Assembly: GCA_951406725.2 (NCBI GenBank)
Contig: OX597821.1
Span: 52,328,001 to 52,392,000 of the forward strand
DNA length: 64,000 nucleotides
Source: Octopus vulgaris
Lineage: Eukaryota
Reading direction: 5' to 3'
Shown: positions 13,680 through 27,836 of the stretch, in pieces
Layout of the letters: each line of letters begins with the position of its first letter
How positions within the stretch are numbered: the stretch's first letter is position 1
Notes under the pieces: generated by a model
The model's input: only the letters and a program-made list of their open reading frames with translations
Told to the model about the DNA's origin: nothing
Database searches by the model: none
Position numbers and translations under genes: made by a program

Positions 13680-14477
13680 CAGTAGTAGTAGTAGACCACA
13701 GTCGATTAAATTGACCTAAGAGCATGACTTGATGCTATGCTTTATTTTATCATTTACGAAAGAAGAAAGACAAAGTTCACCTCGACGCCATTTGAATTCA
13801 GAACTTAGTGACATAACCGAATTACTGCTCGCCTGTTATTCTGTTGTCTACCGACCCTGCACTTGTTTCAATTGCTATCAGTGTTACTACAATAGTTTCT
13901 CTACAGCAATTAATCCACTATAACCACGACAACGACGACGACGACGAGGACCACCACCACTACCATTACTACTTCTAATACTAATACGGAATACGGAATT
14001 GAAATCACTGCATAATCGTTAGAGGCGGACAAAATGACGAGGCTATGAAAGTAACACTTTTAGAAATAGCACTGATTCCACTGAACTCTCGCTCTTCAAA
14101 ACGCATCAAGATAAATAAATTTGTAAATTATTAGCGTCAGGCCTTGTTGTGGTGGTCTGGGTGAACAAACTTCGACAGGCGAGCTCCATTAGTTTTATGT
14201 AAATGTTTTTGGCTAAGAGACCTCTTCCATTTCTCCCATTATTTTTTTCTTTCGTTTCTTTTTTGTTTCAAACATTTACGAGTAAGTGACACCTGAGGAT
14301 GCCTTTTTTGTGTTGAAGAACTCTAGTTGAATTATTTTCAATTTCTGCGTTTCTGTTTATTTGTTTTCTCAGTTCTCATTATTTTTGTATTTTCGAATAA
14401 ACGGACTTTTGAAATATTGCTCAGTTTAATAAGAAAATGAACGACGTCAGTTTCTTCTATTATATATCCCACCATTC

Positions 14478-14662
<185 letters not shown>

Positions 14663-14819
14663 CCTGCTGCAGAACACATCGGACGTGTTTTTCGAACGCT
14701 CCAAGTGAGTTCATTTCAAAATATTTATTTACACCAAGTTTGGTGTCCTTTTGTAACAATTTTTTTTATTCCAAGTTGTAAATAGAAGCAACATTACATT
14801 TTTTTTCTATGGTTGTGAT

Positions 14820-16570
14820 GTCCCCCCTGGGGCCTGCAGAACTATAAAATAAATTCGGTGGGCGTTAAAATTTAATGGAATCAATACAACCTAACAAGAT
14901 AGCGGAGCGCGTCTTGAAAGACTTGAGGAAAAACAAAACGAACCCTCCTACAAATGTGGTAACGGATGAAGACTTCCTCCCTTCCCTCTGTCATGGGAAG
15001 GGGAGAAGGAGAAAAACAAGATTGTCATGGTATAAAGTACAACGAACAATAGTAGCAGAAACACTAACAGTGGTAGAAATGACAACAGCAGCAGCCGCAA
15101 CATTGAGAGCAACCGCAATAGTAGTTGTGGTTGGAGCAGCAACAACCACGAAAAAGAAAGCAGCAGCACTGGCAGTAGCGATAGCTAGAATAATAACAAC
15201 AACAGCGAGAGCAAAAATGACGACAACAACAATAAAACCAATACCAGCATCATCGATAAGAACGACGGTAATAAGGGCAGCAGCAGCAGCAACATTGACA
15301 ACAACAAAAACAGCAACGAAGATAATACAAATAAAAATATCAAGAATAGTTTTGCAGCAGAAGCAGCAGTCAATACCAAACACCTATGTACCGTAGACCT
15401 CACAATTAGGGAGCAGATGCGCATAGCGGCATGGAAACTAATTAAACAAAAGAACAATTGGGCATGTCTAACGATCCCATCAGAGGCAAATGAAGCAGTG
15501 GAGAGGAGAACGGTATTTTTCAGATGCATCTCAGCAGGCACAAAAAGAGTGGCTTTGATAGCCCAAGTAGATACTGAGGCGGCGCTGAGGTGCCTAAGAA
15601 ATTACATCGAATACATAACGAGGGGCAAACAATACGGCACCATTTCGGTGGTGTTAAAATCAGAAGCACTCGCTGTGAAACATTCAATGACCCCTGCAAA
15701 ACCAGCAAAGTCATCATGTACCCCTCCCACATGGGGAAATATACAGCCTGTGTCCGTATTTCGAAAATCCCCTCCAGGACTAGATATTTGGTGGCTTTTG
15801 GGATGCGTAATCGTGGAGGGGACGGATACTGTCCCTATAGAGGCGACAAGAACTGCCAGGGAGGACTGAACAGGGGTTGACCTGGAGATACTTCTCCAGA
15901 TTAGACCCGAAAGCATTAAAAAATCCCAGACCACATCCCTCTCCATAACGGGACGGTGATACATATCATAACTGAGGACAAAAGGCCTCATTGTTTCAGG
16001 TGTGGAGAAACAACTTATTTGGCTGCCCGCTGCCGCCTACGGCCTCCACTGCTGCCTACGCCGAGACGAGAACCAGAAACATCACCAGCACCAGCAACAA
16101 CACCAAAGACATTAACCATCCTAGGGGGAAACAAGGAAAGCTCTCCTACCCTCTCACACCAAACAAAAATACACACATAAACAAGATTATAAACAAACAC
16201 ATAGACACAGACCCTTACAGTAGTGGAGATGAAGGAAAAATGAAGGGGCCAAAAAACAAACAAACAAACAAAAAAACAAAAAAACAAAAGAGAAAGTACA
16301 AAAGAAAAACTCCACAAAGCATAACAACACCCTTAATCAAAAATACAATCACTACCCACGGAAACATCTCCCCCAAAACACCAACACAAATACAACCAAC
16401 ACAATCACCAGAATCCCCCAAGCGCAAATAACCTAAACAGGAACAGACACTGACACAAATATCTAAAACTGCAAACCCCACACTCACAGCACACACATAA
16501 ACAACAGAAACAACAACACCACCGCTACAGTCAAGAAAACAAATTAAACATCACCAGCACAAAACACTCA
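14820..16570 (+). mobile_element. LINE ORF1 (gag-like, L1/Tx1-type) remnant
   Basis: Frameshifted ORFs 14875-16180 ending in 'ITEDKRPHCFRCGETTYLAARC', a CX2CX4(H>Y)X4C zinc knuckle, followed by a P/T/K-rich tail. Confidence 0.6.
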
Positions 16571-16589
16571 ACTTCGTACTTATCAAAAG

Positions 16590-17825
16590 GGACAATGAGG
16601 TTCTACATTTTGCCAATTTCTATTTCGAGATCTTTATACTTGCTCATTTTTTGGTAGGTCTTGACAGATATATTTATGTCGATTGGGACAGTTATATCAA
16701 TGAGGACGCATGGTTTTTGCCAGAAGTCCTTCAATATAATGTCTGACCAATTCGCATCTATCTTTCTGTCAGTTTGAACGTGAAGTTTCAGAGGAGTGAG
16801 AAGTGATCATTTTCAAGCACTGGAAGTGGTTTGTGTTCCCAACAGTTTTTTCCAGGTCAAGGTTTTGCAAATTACCCAGTGAATATACTATGCTGTTCTA
16901 TCATGCCTGTTGAGATACTCTGTAGGCGCAAGAAAACTGCACATGGAGACAATGTGATCAATGGTTTCATTTTCTTGTTTACATACATGGCACGTTGGGC
17001 TACTGCCGTTCTTTAATATTTTGGCCTGGTAACTCCTTGTAGGTAGGCATTGATCTTGGCCTGCTGTGATAAACATTTCTGTTTCTAATTTAAAGCCAGA
17101 ACACACTAGCCATTGGTGGATTATGGCTTTGTCAACATCGGCATTATTCGTTCTCTTTGGATATTTGCCATTGAGAGGGTTTTCTTGCAATGTATCAGTA
17201 AGAATATCTAAGGCAGCAGTTTTAGCACGGGTTTTCATACACTTAGCTTTTTCTGTGCTTGTTTCCAGTACGTCTAATTCTGGGACTTGTATTTGGAGTC
17301 CCCTTAGGTATTCATTTGCCTGTTTTATTACTGAGTATGATGCTTTCTTGTTTTCGTGCTTTAAGACAAGTTTGAATATCCAGTCCTCAGAGGTTTTCAG
17401 GTAGGTGTTTAGGCCAACTGTGGAAATCGTCATTGTTAATTTCATTTCTAAAAGTCCACGGCCAACCTCTTTTCATGGCAGGCAAAATCGTTCTATATCT
17501 ACCTTAGGGTCGTGCATTCTATTGATTATCAACAAGTTTCGTATTTTCTGTCAAGATTACATATTTCGGTAATTGACCAGTTAATGATATTGAAACTGTA
17601 AGTCACGACCGGTATGGTTAACGTATTGATCGCTTCGATCCTGTTTCTTGCATTTAGTTCTGTCTTGAGTATTGCTCTCACCCTGCGATAACATTCTCTC
17701 CTGATCCTTGAACATTCCTGGTCATTGAATGTTTGATTCTATCACCTTCGAATACCCCCTAGGTATTTGTATCTATCCGCTGGTTCTAACTCTTTATGAC
17801 CTTCTGCTTGACAAGATTAACGTTA
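16590..17825 (-). mobile_element. R4/Dong-type (RLE clade) non-LTR retrotransposon 3' fragment
   Basis: ORF 16888-17445: ETEMFITAGQDQCLPTR...CHVCKQENETIDHIVSMC...EYLNRHD (CCHC plus RHD); a decayed PD-like motif 'NWSDIILKD' lies downstream. Confidence 0.85.
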
Positions 17826-17950
17826 CGTTCTTAGCTCAAATTCCGCCGAGGTCAACGATTAAATAAGTACCAGTTAATCCCTGGGGGTCGATGTAATCGA
17901 CTTATTCCCCTTGTCTGTCCCCTCTAAGTTTAGCTCCCTGTGGGCAATAC
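17826..17950 (+). mobile_element. SINE family A partial copy
   Basis: caaattccgccgaggtcaac...taagtaccagt...ggggtcgatgtaatcgactt. Confidence 0.75.
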
Positions 17951-17976
17951 ATAAATAAATAAATAAATACATAAAT

Positions 17977-18044
<68 letters not shown>

Positions 18045-18970
18045 TTAATAATAATTATTATTTTTATTATGATTAATATTATCGTGTTCTCCCTCCTCCA
18101 GTCCATTATCATCGACATTGTTGTTATTGTTTGTCATGAATGGTAGCTACTTAAGAAAAATTACCGAATGAAAAGAAATGAAAGTATTCTCTTGTTCGTT
18201 TTGCCAACGAAAATGTTTGGGGATATTGAAATGTCAACGTCATTTCTTATGGTGGGAAAACCATGTTGTTTGCTTAAACATTAATTTCAACTTGTTTATA
18301 CTTTGCCACGGTATCTAAATGTGTTTATTCTAGGTTCAAAATGGCCATCTCTCTTACAGTGGAAAGAATTGCTAGTCTTAATGGTGGCAATAGTCTCAAC
18401 ACAGGGGAAAAAAAAAAAAGAAAATCGAAATGTTGCAAATACAAATTGTTTGTATTTCAACGACATTATGTAAAACTAACACCATCACCAGCGTCACTAC
18501 CACCATTAGAAACATTCCCAGAAGGCAATAACATCACCACAAACAGTAGCATCACCATCATCAGCATCGGAGCCACACCCCATTCTCATCACTAACAGCA
18601 AGAACTACAGCTACGAATGTTTAACTAGAGTTAGGGATTAAAGGGAGTGTATGATGCAAAAAAAAAATAAATATATTTCGAGAAAGAAATTGGAAAATTT
18701 CTCAGAAATTTTATGGAAGTAAGGGGATAGAAAGTGACGCCACATCAGAGACTCGACAGCTGGAGGATTATCACGTAGAAGATATGAGAGTTTCCACGGC
18801 TCAACAAAATCCAGCTTTGTCGTAGAAGTGGAAATTGATCGGGAATTTGAGGGTGCTCGCATTCCAAATGGATACTGATTTTTTTCCCATTTTGTTTGTA
18901 GGCGCCTATATGTTTGTGTTATAAACTTACAATATCCTTTAATGCTTCGGGTTAGGTTTCTTGTCACCCC

Positions 18971-19058
<88 letters not shown>

Positions 19059-19302
19059 GCCAGCTCGCCGGCATTGGTTGGTCAAATATCAACACCTTCG
19101 GTATTATGACAGTATATAATATATATATCCTTTACGTTTTATCTTTTTTTTTATTCATTTGACTGCACCCATGCTGGGGTACCGCCTTGAGGACGCTCAG
19201 TCGAAGGAATCGATACCAGTACTTCTTTTTATAACATGGTACTCATTCTACTCGTGACTTTTCCGGAACAGCTAAGTTACGGACCCGTAAATACACCATC
19301 AG

Positions 19303-19389
<87 letters not shown>

Positions 19390-19399
19390 TGTATGTATG

Positions 19400-19444
<45 letters not shown>

Positions 19445-19469
19445 TTCATTTTAAGCAGCAGAAAATTCA

Positions 19470-19521
19470 ACAAAATCTGTTACTCTGAGTTTCTCGTTGC
19501 CGTTCATCAGACAGTTTTTGC
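19470..19521 (-). ncRNA. Minimal type I hammerhead motif (left arm)
   Basis: Reverse complement of 21792-21842. Confidence 0.72.
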
Positions 19522-20521
19522 TAGAATGGAACATATATATTAATTCAATCTATACTCTTACAAACGCTACACCTTTAAAAAGAAATGGACTTGTTTGATT
19601 GGCCCTTTAGAAAAAACGGTCAATCTTCGAGCGATAAACAAAAAGGTCAAAAATATATGTATATATATATAAAAAACTTATAAAATTATAAAATCCGAGG
19701 AAAAAACCGAGGAAAAAACCTATTGCCGTTAATGAAGACAGTACAAATTAATGCATAGAAATTAAACCTGTTATAAATACTGCAATACATATTTATATTA
19801 AAATCCACATATATATATCAACATACACAAAAGGATGCGCGTAAACGCCATACATACATATACAGACGTATGAATATGAATCTAAATTATACACATAAAA
19901 GCATGTGTACATATATTCACGCAAACCGTCTCGCACGCAAGCTAAAATTCATCTATGTAGCAATTCTCATATACTGAGCAAGGAGGGGGAACGAAAGAAA
20001 GGGAAATAGAGAAAAAAGAAACGAAGGAGGGGTGGGGAAAACTTGTAGCGATATTATTGACATCTATAGAGGCCAGTATACATACACAAGTTTGAATTGA
20101 TACATATACATACCGTCGTGTGTATGCGTGCTTAAGCACAAGCATACTTTCACTTACACATACACAGATGCGCATGCTTACAAATATATATGCTTTGCTA
20201 TATACAAACTTATATAAACATTCTAAATTTGACAACATTGCTTTTTTTAAAAAAAACATTGCTTTTAAAAAATGGGTGCATTAATAAAAATATATACGAA
20301 AGACATATAAAATAAAATATAACATCCTATTTTGGGTCATTTATAAATAATCAAGGTAATATAAATAATCAAGGTAATCTTATGCAATACAATAACATGA
20401 AAACAAAGTTTGTAGGTTTTTCCTAATATATATGTAGAAACAATAAGACTTTGCTATAGGTCCGTCGTAGCGCTCAAGAGTCAAAATCAAAATCAAAAAA
20501 TCAAAATACAAAATATATACT

Positions 20522-20689
20522 CTATCCATATGGTATATTTATATTCGACATTTTAAATTTAGCCGTGTGCCTACATAAGTTCATTAATTCACTTCTTTGA
20601 TTCAAAGAATTATTGTCCATGAATAATATGTGCATTTTTTCAAGTAAGCAGAGCCTGCACTTGAAATTATATTTGTAAGCTCCATGCCT
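20522..20689 (-). pseudogene. C-terminus of a Penelope-like GIY-YIG endonuclease (Naiad-like)
   Basis: RHGAYKYNFKCRLCLLEKMHILFMDNNSLNQRSELMNLCRHTAKFKMSNINIPYG* carries the PLE 'CxLCxxEK...LNxRxE...CRH' signature and reads through the spacer into the left arm. Confidence 0.85.
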
Positions 20690-21791
20690 GTATGGACAAT
20701 AATTCTTTGAATCAAAGAAGTGAATTAATGAACTTATGTAGGCACACGGCTAAATTTAAAATGTCGAATATAAATATACCATATGGATAGAGTATATATT
20801 TTGTATTTTGATTTTTTGATTTTGATTTTGACTCTTGAGCGCTACGACGGACCTATAGCAAAGTCTTATTGTTTCTACATATATATTAGGAAAAACCTAC
20901 AAACTTTGTTTTCATGTTATTGTATTGCATAAGATTACCTTGATTATTTATATTACCTTGATTATTTATAAATGACCCAAAATAGGATGTTATATTTTAT
21001 TTTATATGTCTTTCGTATATATTTTTATTAATGCACCCATTTTTTAAAAGCAATGTTTTTTTTTAAAAAATCAATATTGTCAAATTTAGAATGTTTATAT
21101 AAGTTTGTATATAGCAAAGCATTATATATTTGTAAGCATGCGCATCTGTGTATGTGTAAGTGAAAGTATGCTTGTGCTTAAGCACGCATACACACGACGG
21201 TATGTATATGTATCAATTCAAACTTGTGTATGTATACTGGCCTCTATAGATGTCAATGATATCGCTACAAGTTTTCCCCACCCCTCCTTCGTTTCTTTTT
21301 TCTCTATTTCCCTTTCTTTCGTTCCCCCTCCTTGCTCAGTATATGAGAATTGCTACATAGATGAATTTTAGCTTGCGTGCGAGACGGTTTGCGTGAATAT
21401 ATGTACACATGCTTTTATGTGTATAATTTAGATTCATATTCATACGTCTGTATATGTATGTATGGCGTTTACGCGCATCCTTTTGTGTATGTTGATATAT
21501 ATATGTGGATTTTAATATAAATATGTATTGCAGTATTTATAACAGGTTTAATTTCTATGCATTAATTTGTACTGTCTTCATTAACGGCAATAGGTTTTTT
21601 CCTCGGTTTTTTCCTCGGATTTTATAATTTTATAAGTTTTTTATATATATATACATATATTTTTGACCTTTTTGTTTATCGCTCGAAGATTGACCGTTTT
21701 TTCTAAAGGGCCAATCAAACAAGTCCATTTCTTTTTAAAGGTGTAGCGTTTGTAAGAGTATAGATTGAATTAATATATATGTTCCATTCTA

Positions 21792-21842
21792 GCAAAAACT
21801 GTCTGATGAACGGCAACGAGAAACTCAGAGTAACAGATTTTG
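21792..21842 (+). ncRNA. Minimal type I hammerhead motif (right arm)
   Basis: GCAAAAACTGT-CTGATGA-A-CG-GCAA-CG-A-GAAA-CTC-A-GAG-TA-ACAGATTTTG: stem I CTGT/ACAG (extendable), GNRA-capped mini stem II, near-palindromic stem III. Confidence 0.72.
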
Positions 21843-21938
21843 TTGAATTTTCTGCTGCTTAAAATAAAGCATATTACTCTACCACTGGTATTTGAGTACT
21901 CTTTTTTCCACCTTGTTTCACATTTATGTGTTTACTCC

Positions 21939-22019
<81 letters not shown>

Positions 22020-22689
22020 ATATATATATGTACATACACACAGATTGAGAGAAAGTCAAAGAGAGAGAGACAATATCAATATATGTCTATCTATCTATCT
22101 ATCTATCTACCCATCCATTTCATGGAAAAAATTGTATGACACGTTTAGTAGTAAATGTCTAGGGTCTTGTGGCCGATAACCAATGACGAAATAATACTTT
22201 CTTTACTGTTATTGTTACTGTTGTTGCTAGATCATCATCATCATCATCATCATCGCGCTCGTCATCGTCGTCGTTGTTAACGTCATCATCATCGTCCCCA
22301 TCATCGTCGACGTCGGTATCGTCGTCGCCATCATCATCATCATCTTCAGTCGCAGTAGGAACAACAGTAAAAGTAGAAGTGGTAGTAGTGGTGGTTGCTA
22401 TCTTATATGAAATAATATAAACCGTCGCCTTTCGGTAAACGACTGTCTCAAACAGGCGTATAATCAAACAACAAAGAATAGAACGAAAGACAAAGCGTAC
22501 AGAGGAAGAGAATTATCAGAAAACCTCAAGTAGATGCATTCGTGCTTTCATTCTTTGATCTGCCAAGTCTTAGAAATAATCTGTAATTATTCTAAGACTT
22601 TCTCAAACACAATCAAAGTCATTTCATGGGAAATTAAAGTATAAAATTATAGAGCATGTATAATAACATTTGTTGATATATAGATATGA

Positions 22690-22693
22690 ATGA

Positions 22694-22773
<80 letters not shown>

Positions 22774-22914
22774 GTATATGTATATGAATGTATGTATATA
22801 TATATATGTATATATAAATATATATATGTATATACATATATGTATATATATATATATATGTGTGTATATATATATGTATATATATGTATATATGTATATG
22901 TATAAATATATATG

Positions 22915-22946
<32 letters not shown>

Positions 22947-23110
22947 TATATACAAATATATACATATATATATATATATACAAATATATACATATATATA
23001 TATACATACACATATACACACACACATATATTTTATATATATATATATATACATATTTATACATACGTATACATATGTATATATACACATATATATATAA
23101 TATGTGTGTA
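22690..23110. repeat. Degenerate (TA)n/(TG)n/(CA)n microsatellite block
   Basis: Direct reading. Confidence 0.95.
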
Positions 23111-24603
23111 GACATATATAATATATCCACACACATTGACCTAGGTACTGACATATAAGCATTTCATCTGATGCATACATAATATAAACCCACATTCCCA
23201 CATTTATTTAAGATTATCTATGTATATATGAGCAGATATATAATTAGACTTTTCTGTAAGATATAATTTGAGCACAAGTTGTTTAAGACGTTTACATTGC
23301 ATTTTACAGATATAGTTTTGGAGTTCATATATATATATATATATATATATGAAAACGGTTTACAATAGGAAAACAAAAGACCGACATAGCTGACTCCAAG
23401 ACGCCGCTTCATATCTCCTTTTTATAATTGTGGTTTACTTCTGCAACAGTTTATATCAGGTCTTAGATGAACATAGCCAGTGTTCGTTTTATTAGTATCC
23501 AACAAACGTGTGTATGGTTTGTTTATATACAGCCATAATACCCAAGGTGTTGATATTTAACCAACCAATGCCGGCGAGCTGGTAGAATCGATAGCCCGTC
23601 AGGCAAAATGCTTAGTAGTATCGATATTTAACCAGCTAAACACATACAGTTAATCATATACCTAGAAATAAATTATCGACTCAGTAAACAGTCTCTCTAA
23701 CAGCTAGAAATAGCAGGGAATCTTGCTTAAATAGCATCCTATTTTCGGGATATGTAATTACATATTGGATGTATCTCTAGATATGCAATACCTGTAAAAA
23801 TGGTGAAATGGTCACGGTTGAACCTACGTCTGCTCGATCAAGCCAATCTCACTTAGACAACAGCAACAATATCATGAATCAGAACATCATCAAACAACAA
23901 CAAAGTTAACGTTATTAACTACATCATCATCATCAACAGCGACAACAGCAATCACAACATAAAATGCTGACGAGCCAACATGGAAACCCCTGCTCAGTAG
24001 TCCAAATATTACTAAAAGTATCAGCCAAATCTCTCAGAAATTGTAGGTATTCTATATTAAAAAATTAAGGTAAGGTTGATTATATTATCAAATATATAGT
24101 ATGCCCGAACAAAAAAAGACGGTATGGTCAAAGGTAGAGTGTCTTTGGACAAAGGGAAAACAAAACCCGGGCCAATTTGGAGCTAAACAATTATATAACG
24201 ATAAAAATAATAGTAATTAAATGTTGGTTTGGAAAAGCTTTTACGACAGAACAAATAATCGTAGACCACTTGTCGGCTGTTTCGACTGTCCCAAAGAATA
24301 TCTTTTAGCTCTATATTTGCATACTGCTATTTATAGCTTTATATGTGATTCGAGATCTATTAAAAGAAAAAAGAACAAAATTCACATTCTTTTGAAATCT
24401 TATAAAATCCTTATAGTTCTTCTCCACTTACCCCCCAAACCCTGTATTAAATATTTTCCCCAGCTGTTCATTTCGAAAACTACAATATCCACTGAATTCC
24501 TTATTTTTCCATGCAATCATTAATCTACGACAGTTTAATCTGGATATCAGTTCAATCGAGCTGACATAACGTATTAATTATTGTGTAATGCATAGATACT
24601 TAC

Positions 24604-24727
24604 CCTTGCAATACTTTGTCGACTTCCCATTGGGTCCCGTTTATGTCGATCAAGTGGACCGTACATGATGTCTTCCCATCGAACACGCCAGTTCTTTTCA
24701 TCAAGCTCCGCTTCAAGACTAATTCGT
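24604..24727 (-). CDS. Receptor guanylyl cyclase, juxtamembrane / start of kinase-homology domain exon
   Basis: ttctgtag|A CGA...GCA AGG|gtaagt; 124 nt; RISLEAELDEKNWRVRWEDIMYGPLDRHKRDPMGSRQSIAR resembles NPR 'LEKELASELWRVRWED...GSRLTLS'. Confidence 0.93.
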
Positions 24728-24998
24728 CTACAGAAAACAACAAAAGCAAAATTATCAGTAAGCATTTACTTTTCCTGAAGGAGACAAAAATAGTAAAATA
24801 TGATAAACATAAAACACATGTGGTGTTATTGTGCAGAACATAAATAAATACATAGAACACAAACACACCTAAAATGCTGTCCAATAATCTGCAAACAATA
24901 AATAAGAAAACAAAGCAAAAGATCCAGGAAAAAAAGTTATGAAAATTGTGCATGTAGAGTGTGTGAGTGTGTGTATGCTATGCTTATATATATATGTA

Positions 24999-25050
<52 letters not shown>

Positions 25051-25093
25051 CATATAACATATAAATAAATAAATATATACATACATACACATA

Positions 25094-25130
<37 letters not shown>

Positions 25131-25652
25131 CTGCTGATTTTCATTAACTATTATCTCTTAATTAATGTTTCAAGTTATTTAGTTTCATTTTATGTTTGAA
25201 GATTTGGGCTTAGGCTTGAAATTAATGTAATGGAAGGCAGACAATATCTACAATTAAAAAATCTATGTTTTTGATTAAATAAGCAGAAGATGACTATCTG
25301 AATGATTAAACTTGCATACCAAAAAAGAGAAGGACACGTATGCAAAAATCTATGCAATCAAAGGCTTGTTTCTAGTTGTGAACCGTGTCATAGAAGGGAT
25401 TAATAAAGGCAACTAACATCATAATGGAGACTCTAATGTTTCGGTTCATTATCCTTAATCACAGAATGAGGTAAGGGAAGAGTTGATGTGGTATCACTGC
25501 ATGTCCAGTGTATAAATATATTACGAAAGCGTGATGTTGTTGGAGTGGCATGGGGTTGAGGGTAGACAAGTCTGGGTCAGATATTGTGTGAGAGGGAAAA
25601 CTGCGGAGTACAAAGTGGATGAAGATGTTGAACATAGAGACTGGAGAGAGAG

Positions 25653-25694
<42 letters not shown>

Positions 25695-25789
25695 GGTGGA
25701 AATAACAGCCAACACCTCAGGCAAGGCAAAAGATCTCCAAATAAGAACAGAGATAAGGATATATGGCGAGAGAAAGAGAGAAGAGAGAA

Positions 25790-25834
<45 letters not shown>

Positions 25835-27609
25835 AAGAAAGAGAGTAAAAATGCTTCTATAGAATACTCATAATTTAGAATGATGAAATTATTTAGCTAG
25901 TAGTAGAAAGGATGGATCTAGGAGTCTGCTAGGGAACTCAGAATAATAAAAAGGTGAAGCCTATGTCCATTGCTTGAGTGGTTGAGAAAGATTTGTTTTT
26001 CCTTGGGTTTGCGTCGCTTGATGAATACAGGAGTAAATCATAGATCAAGGATTGGTCAGTGGAGTCTCCAGATATATTTAAGTGACAAGCTACGATACTA
26101 AGGGCATTGTTTTGAGCATGCAAGAAAGTTTCTCTCGATTGGACATACAGACAGCTACGCATCTCTTCTATGTAAATCCATCGTTAGAATTTCTTCTTCT
26201 GCATTGTATTAGTTTAAAAGTGGTGCAGTGTAAATTTGATGTTTTTGAAACAGCTTCAATACATTACGAATGAGAATTTGGCAAGCTACTGTATGAAGAA
26301 AATGAATGCTATCAAATGTTTAAATGTTTGATGTGGTTTCCAGCAGATTCTGACAAGGACATTTTTTCCCTCGTGGATTAATAATACTTCATAGTTAGAT
26401 CGTCATACATTATACAAATACAATGCAAATGCCGCTAGGATCCATGGAACAGGGCAGCACTGTAAAACACAATCGACTCGGGCAATGCATCATCTTCAAT
26501 AGACCAGTTCAATCAGAGATTAATTAGAAACAGAAGGGATGCAGTTCTCTGGTTCTATGCATTCATTTCGAGGAGAATTAATTGGTAACAATTGTTCATT
26601 CAAAGATGTTCACCAAGAAATGAAAAGAAACAAAAAGGACGCAATTTTATTTTAGTTTATTTTCTTCACGAATTTATGATTTTTGTTCGTAAATGAAAAG
26701 AAAATTAAATTAATTATTTTAGAAGAATGTAGCGATCTACAAATCTCTTTCCTCTCAATAATCTTATCTGAACCACACAGAAAACCACTAGAGTTACAAA
26801 ATATCAAAATTTCTATGGTCTCTACATCACAAGACGAAAACCAGGAAATACAAAAAAATGCTTTACCGAATCAATACGCTAGTAATTGATTTTGTTATCC
26901 AAAGAAAACTTATATATCACCATCAAAGTGGGAACACATGACAAAAATTGCAAACGTCTTGTTTTTGACTTTCTTTTATCGTTGTATTATCAAAGTACCG
27001 ATTACGACGGGAAGGTTGAGTACACAGCGTTGTTTATGACACCCTGGAAAATTAGATTTAAGTTTCGATCCTCGTCTATAACAGATCCATATGATTTTTT
27101 TATATCATTAATATTATTTCGGAAATGCTTGATTGCTAAACATTCTATTTTTTACTTTGATTTATAACCTCAATTAAGAAGACAAATCGTTGGACGGGTA
27201 AATTTTTTGTATTAATGTATCTTTTTTTTTTTTCTGAAGGAAAATTCCATACTATCGAACAATAGAAAAAACGACGGAATTGATTTTTAGGAGATTTTTT
27301 TTTAAAGATAAGAAAAAAAAAAGATCTAAGAAGGGCGGTACAAAGGTAAATCTAAGTCGGTGCCGTTGGATAATTGTCGCAGAGTAACAAAGTTTTATGA
27401 GCATAAAACGTTTCTTTTTATTTTATTTAAAAGATTAATTGGAAATGCATCACACACGGACATACGCACGAACGCATCTTATGTACAGTTATCAACATTG
27501 AGATATCAATAAATACATTTAAGTATAAAACCTGAGAAGCGTAAAGCTTCACAGCTTGTCGAAGGTAGCTATCGATGAGACTTCGAAGTCACAGTCAACC
27601 ATTCACTTA

Positions 27610-27655
<46 letters not shown>

Positions 27656-27760
27656 CGTCTATCTATTTACCTGCATGAATGCCTGTGTGTCTTTGAGTGT
27701 GCCTGTAATCATATATATATATATATATACACATACATTCACATACACACATTTATATAT

Positions 27761-27825
<65 letters not shown>

Positions 27826-27836
<11 letters not shown>

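Larger units (their letters stand above)
19448..21865. repeat. 2.4-kb near-perfect palindrome (arms 19448-20620 and 20692-21865, 71-nt spacer), an inverted PLE 3' end
   Basis: Arms are reverse complements with only a few substitutions/indels seen; the ORF track shows mirror ORFs 19942-20259(-) and 21105-21371(+); flanked by (TA)n. Confidence 0.97.

Noticed and set aside
20790-21000. SECIS element after the GIY-YIG stop (some Naiad PLEs encode selenoproteins)
   Set aside because: Cys codons in the remnant are TGC/TGT and I see no convincing AUGA-AA-GA kink-turn hairpin
22624-23201. Many long Y/I/C/V/H/T-rich ORFs (also 58595-59376, 14338-14781 and others)
   Set aside because: Translations of (TA)n, (CA)n and trinucleotide microsatellites
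25400-26530. Possible LINE endonuclease remnants
   Set aside because: Only faint motif hints; too decayed to call without alignment
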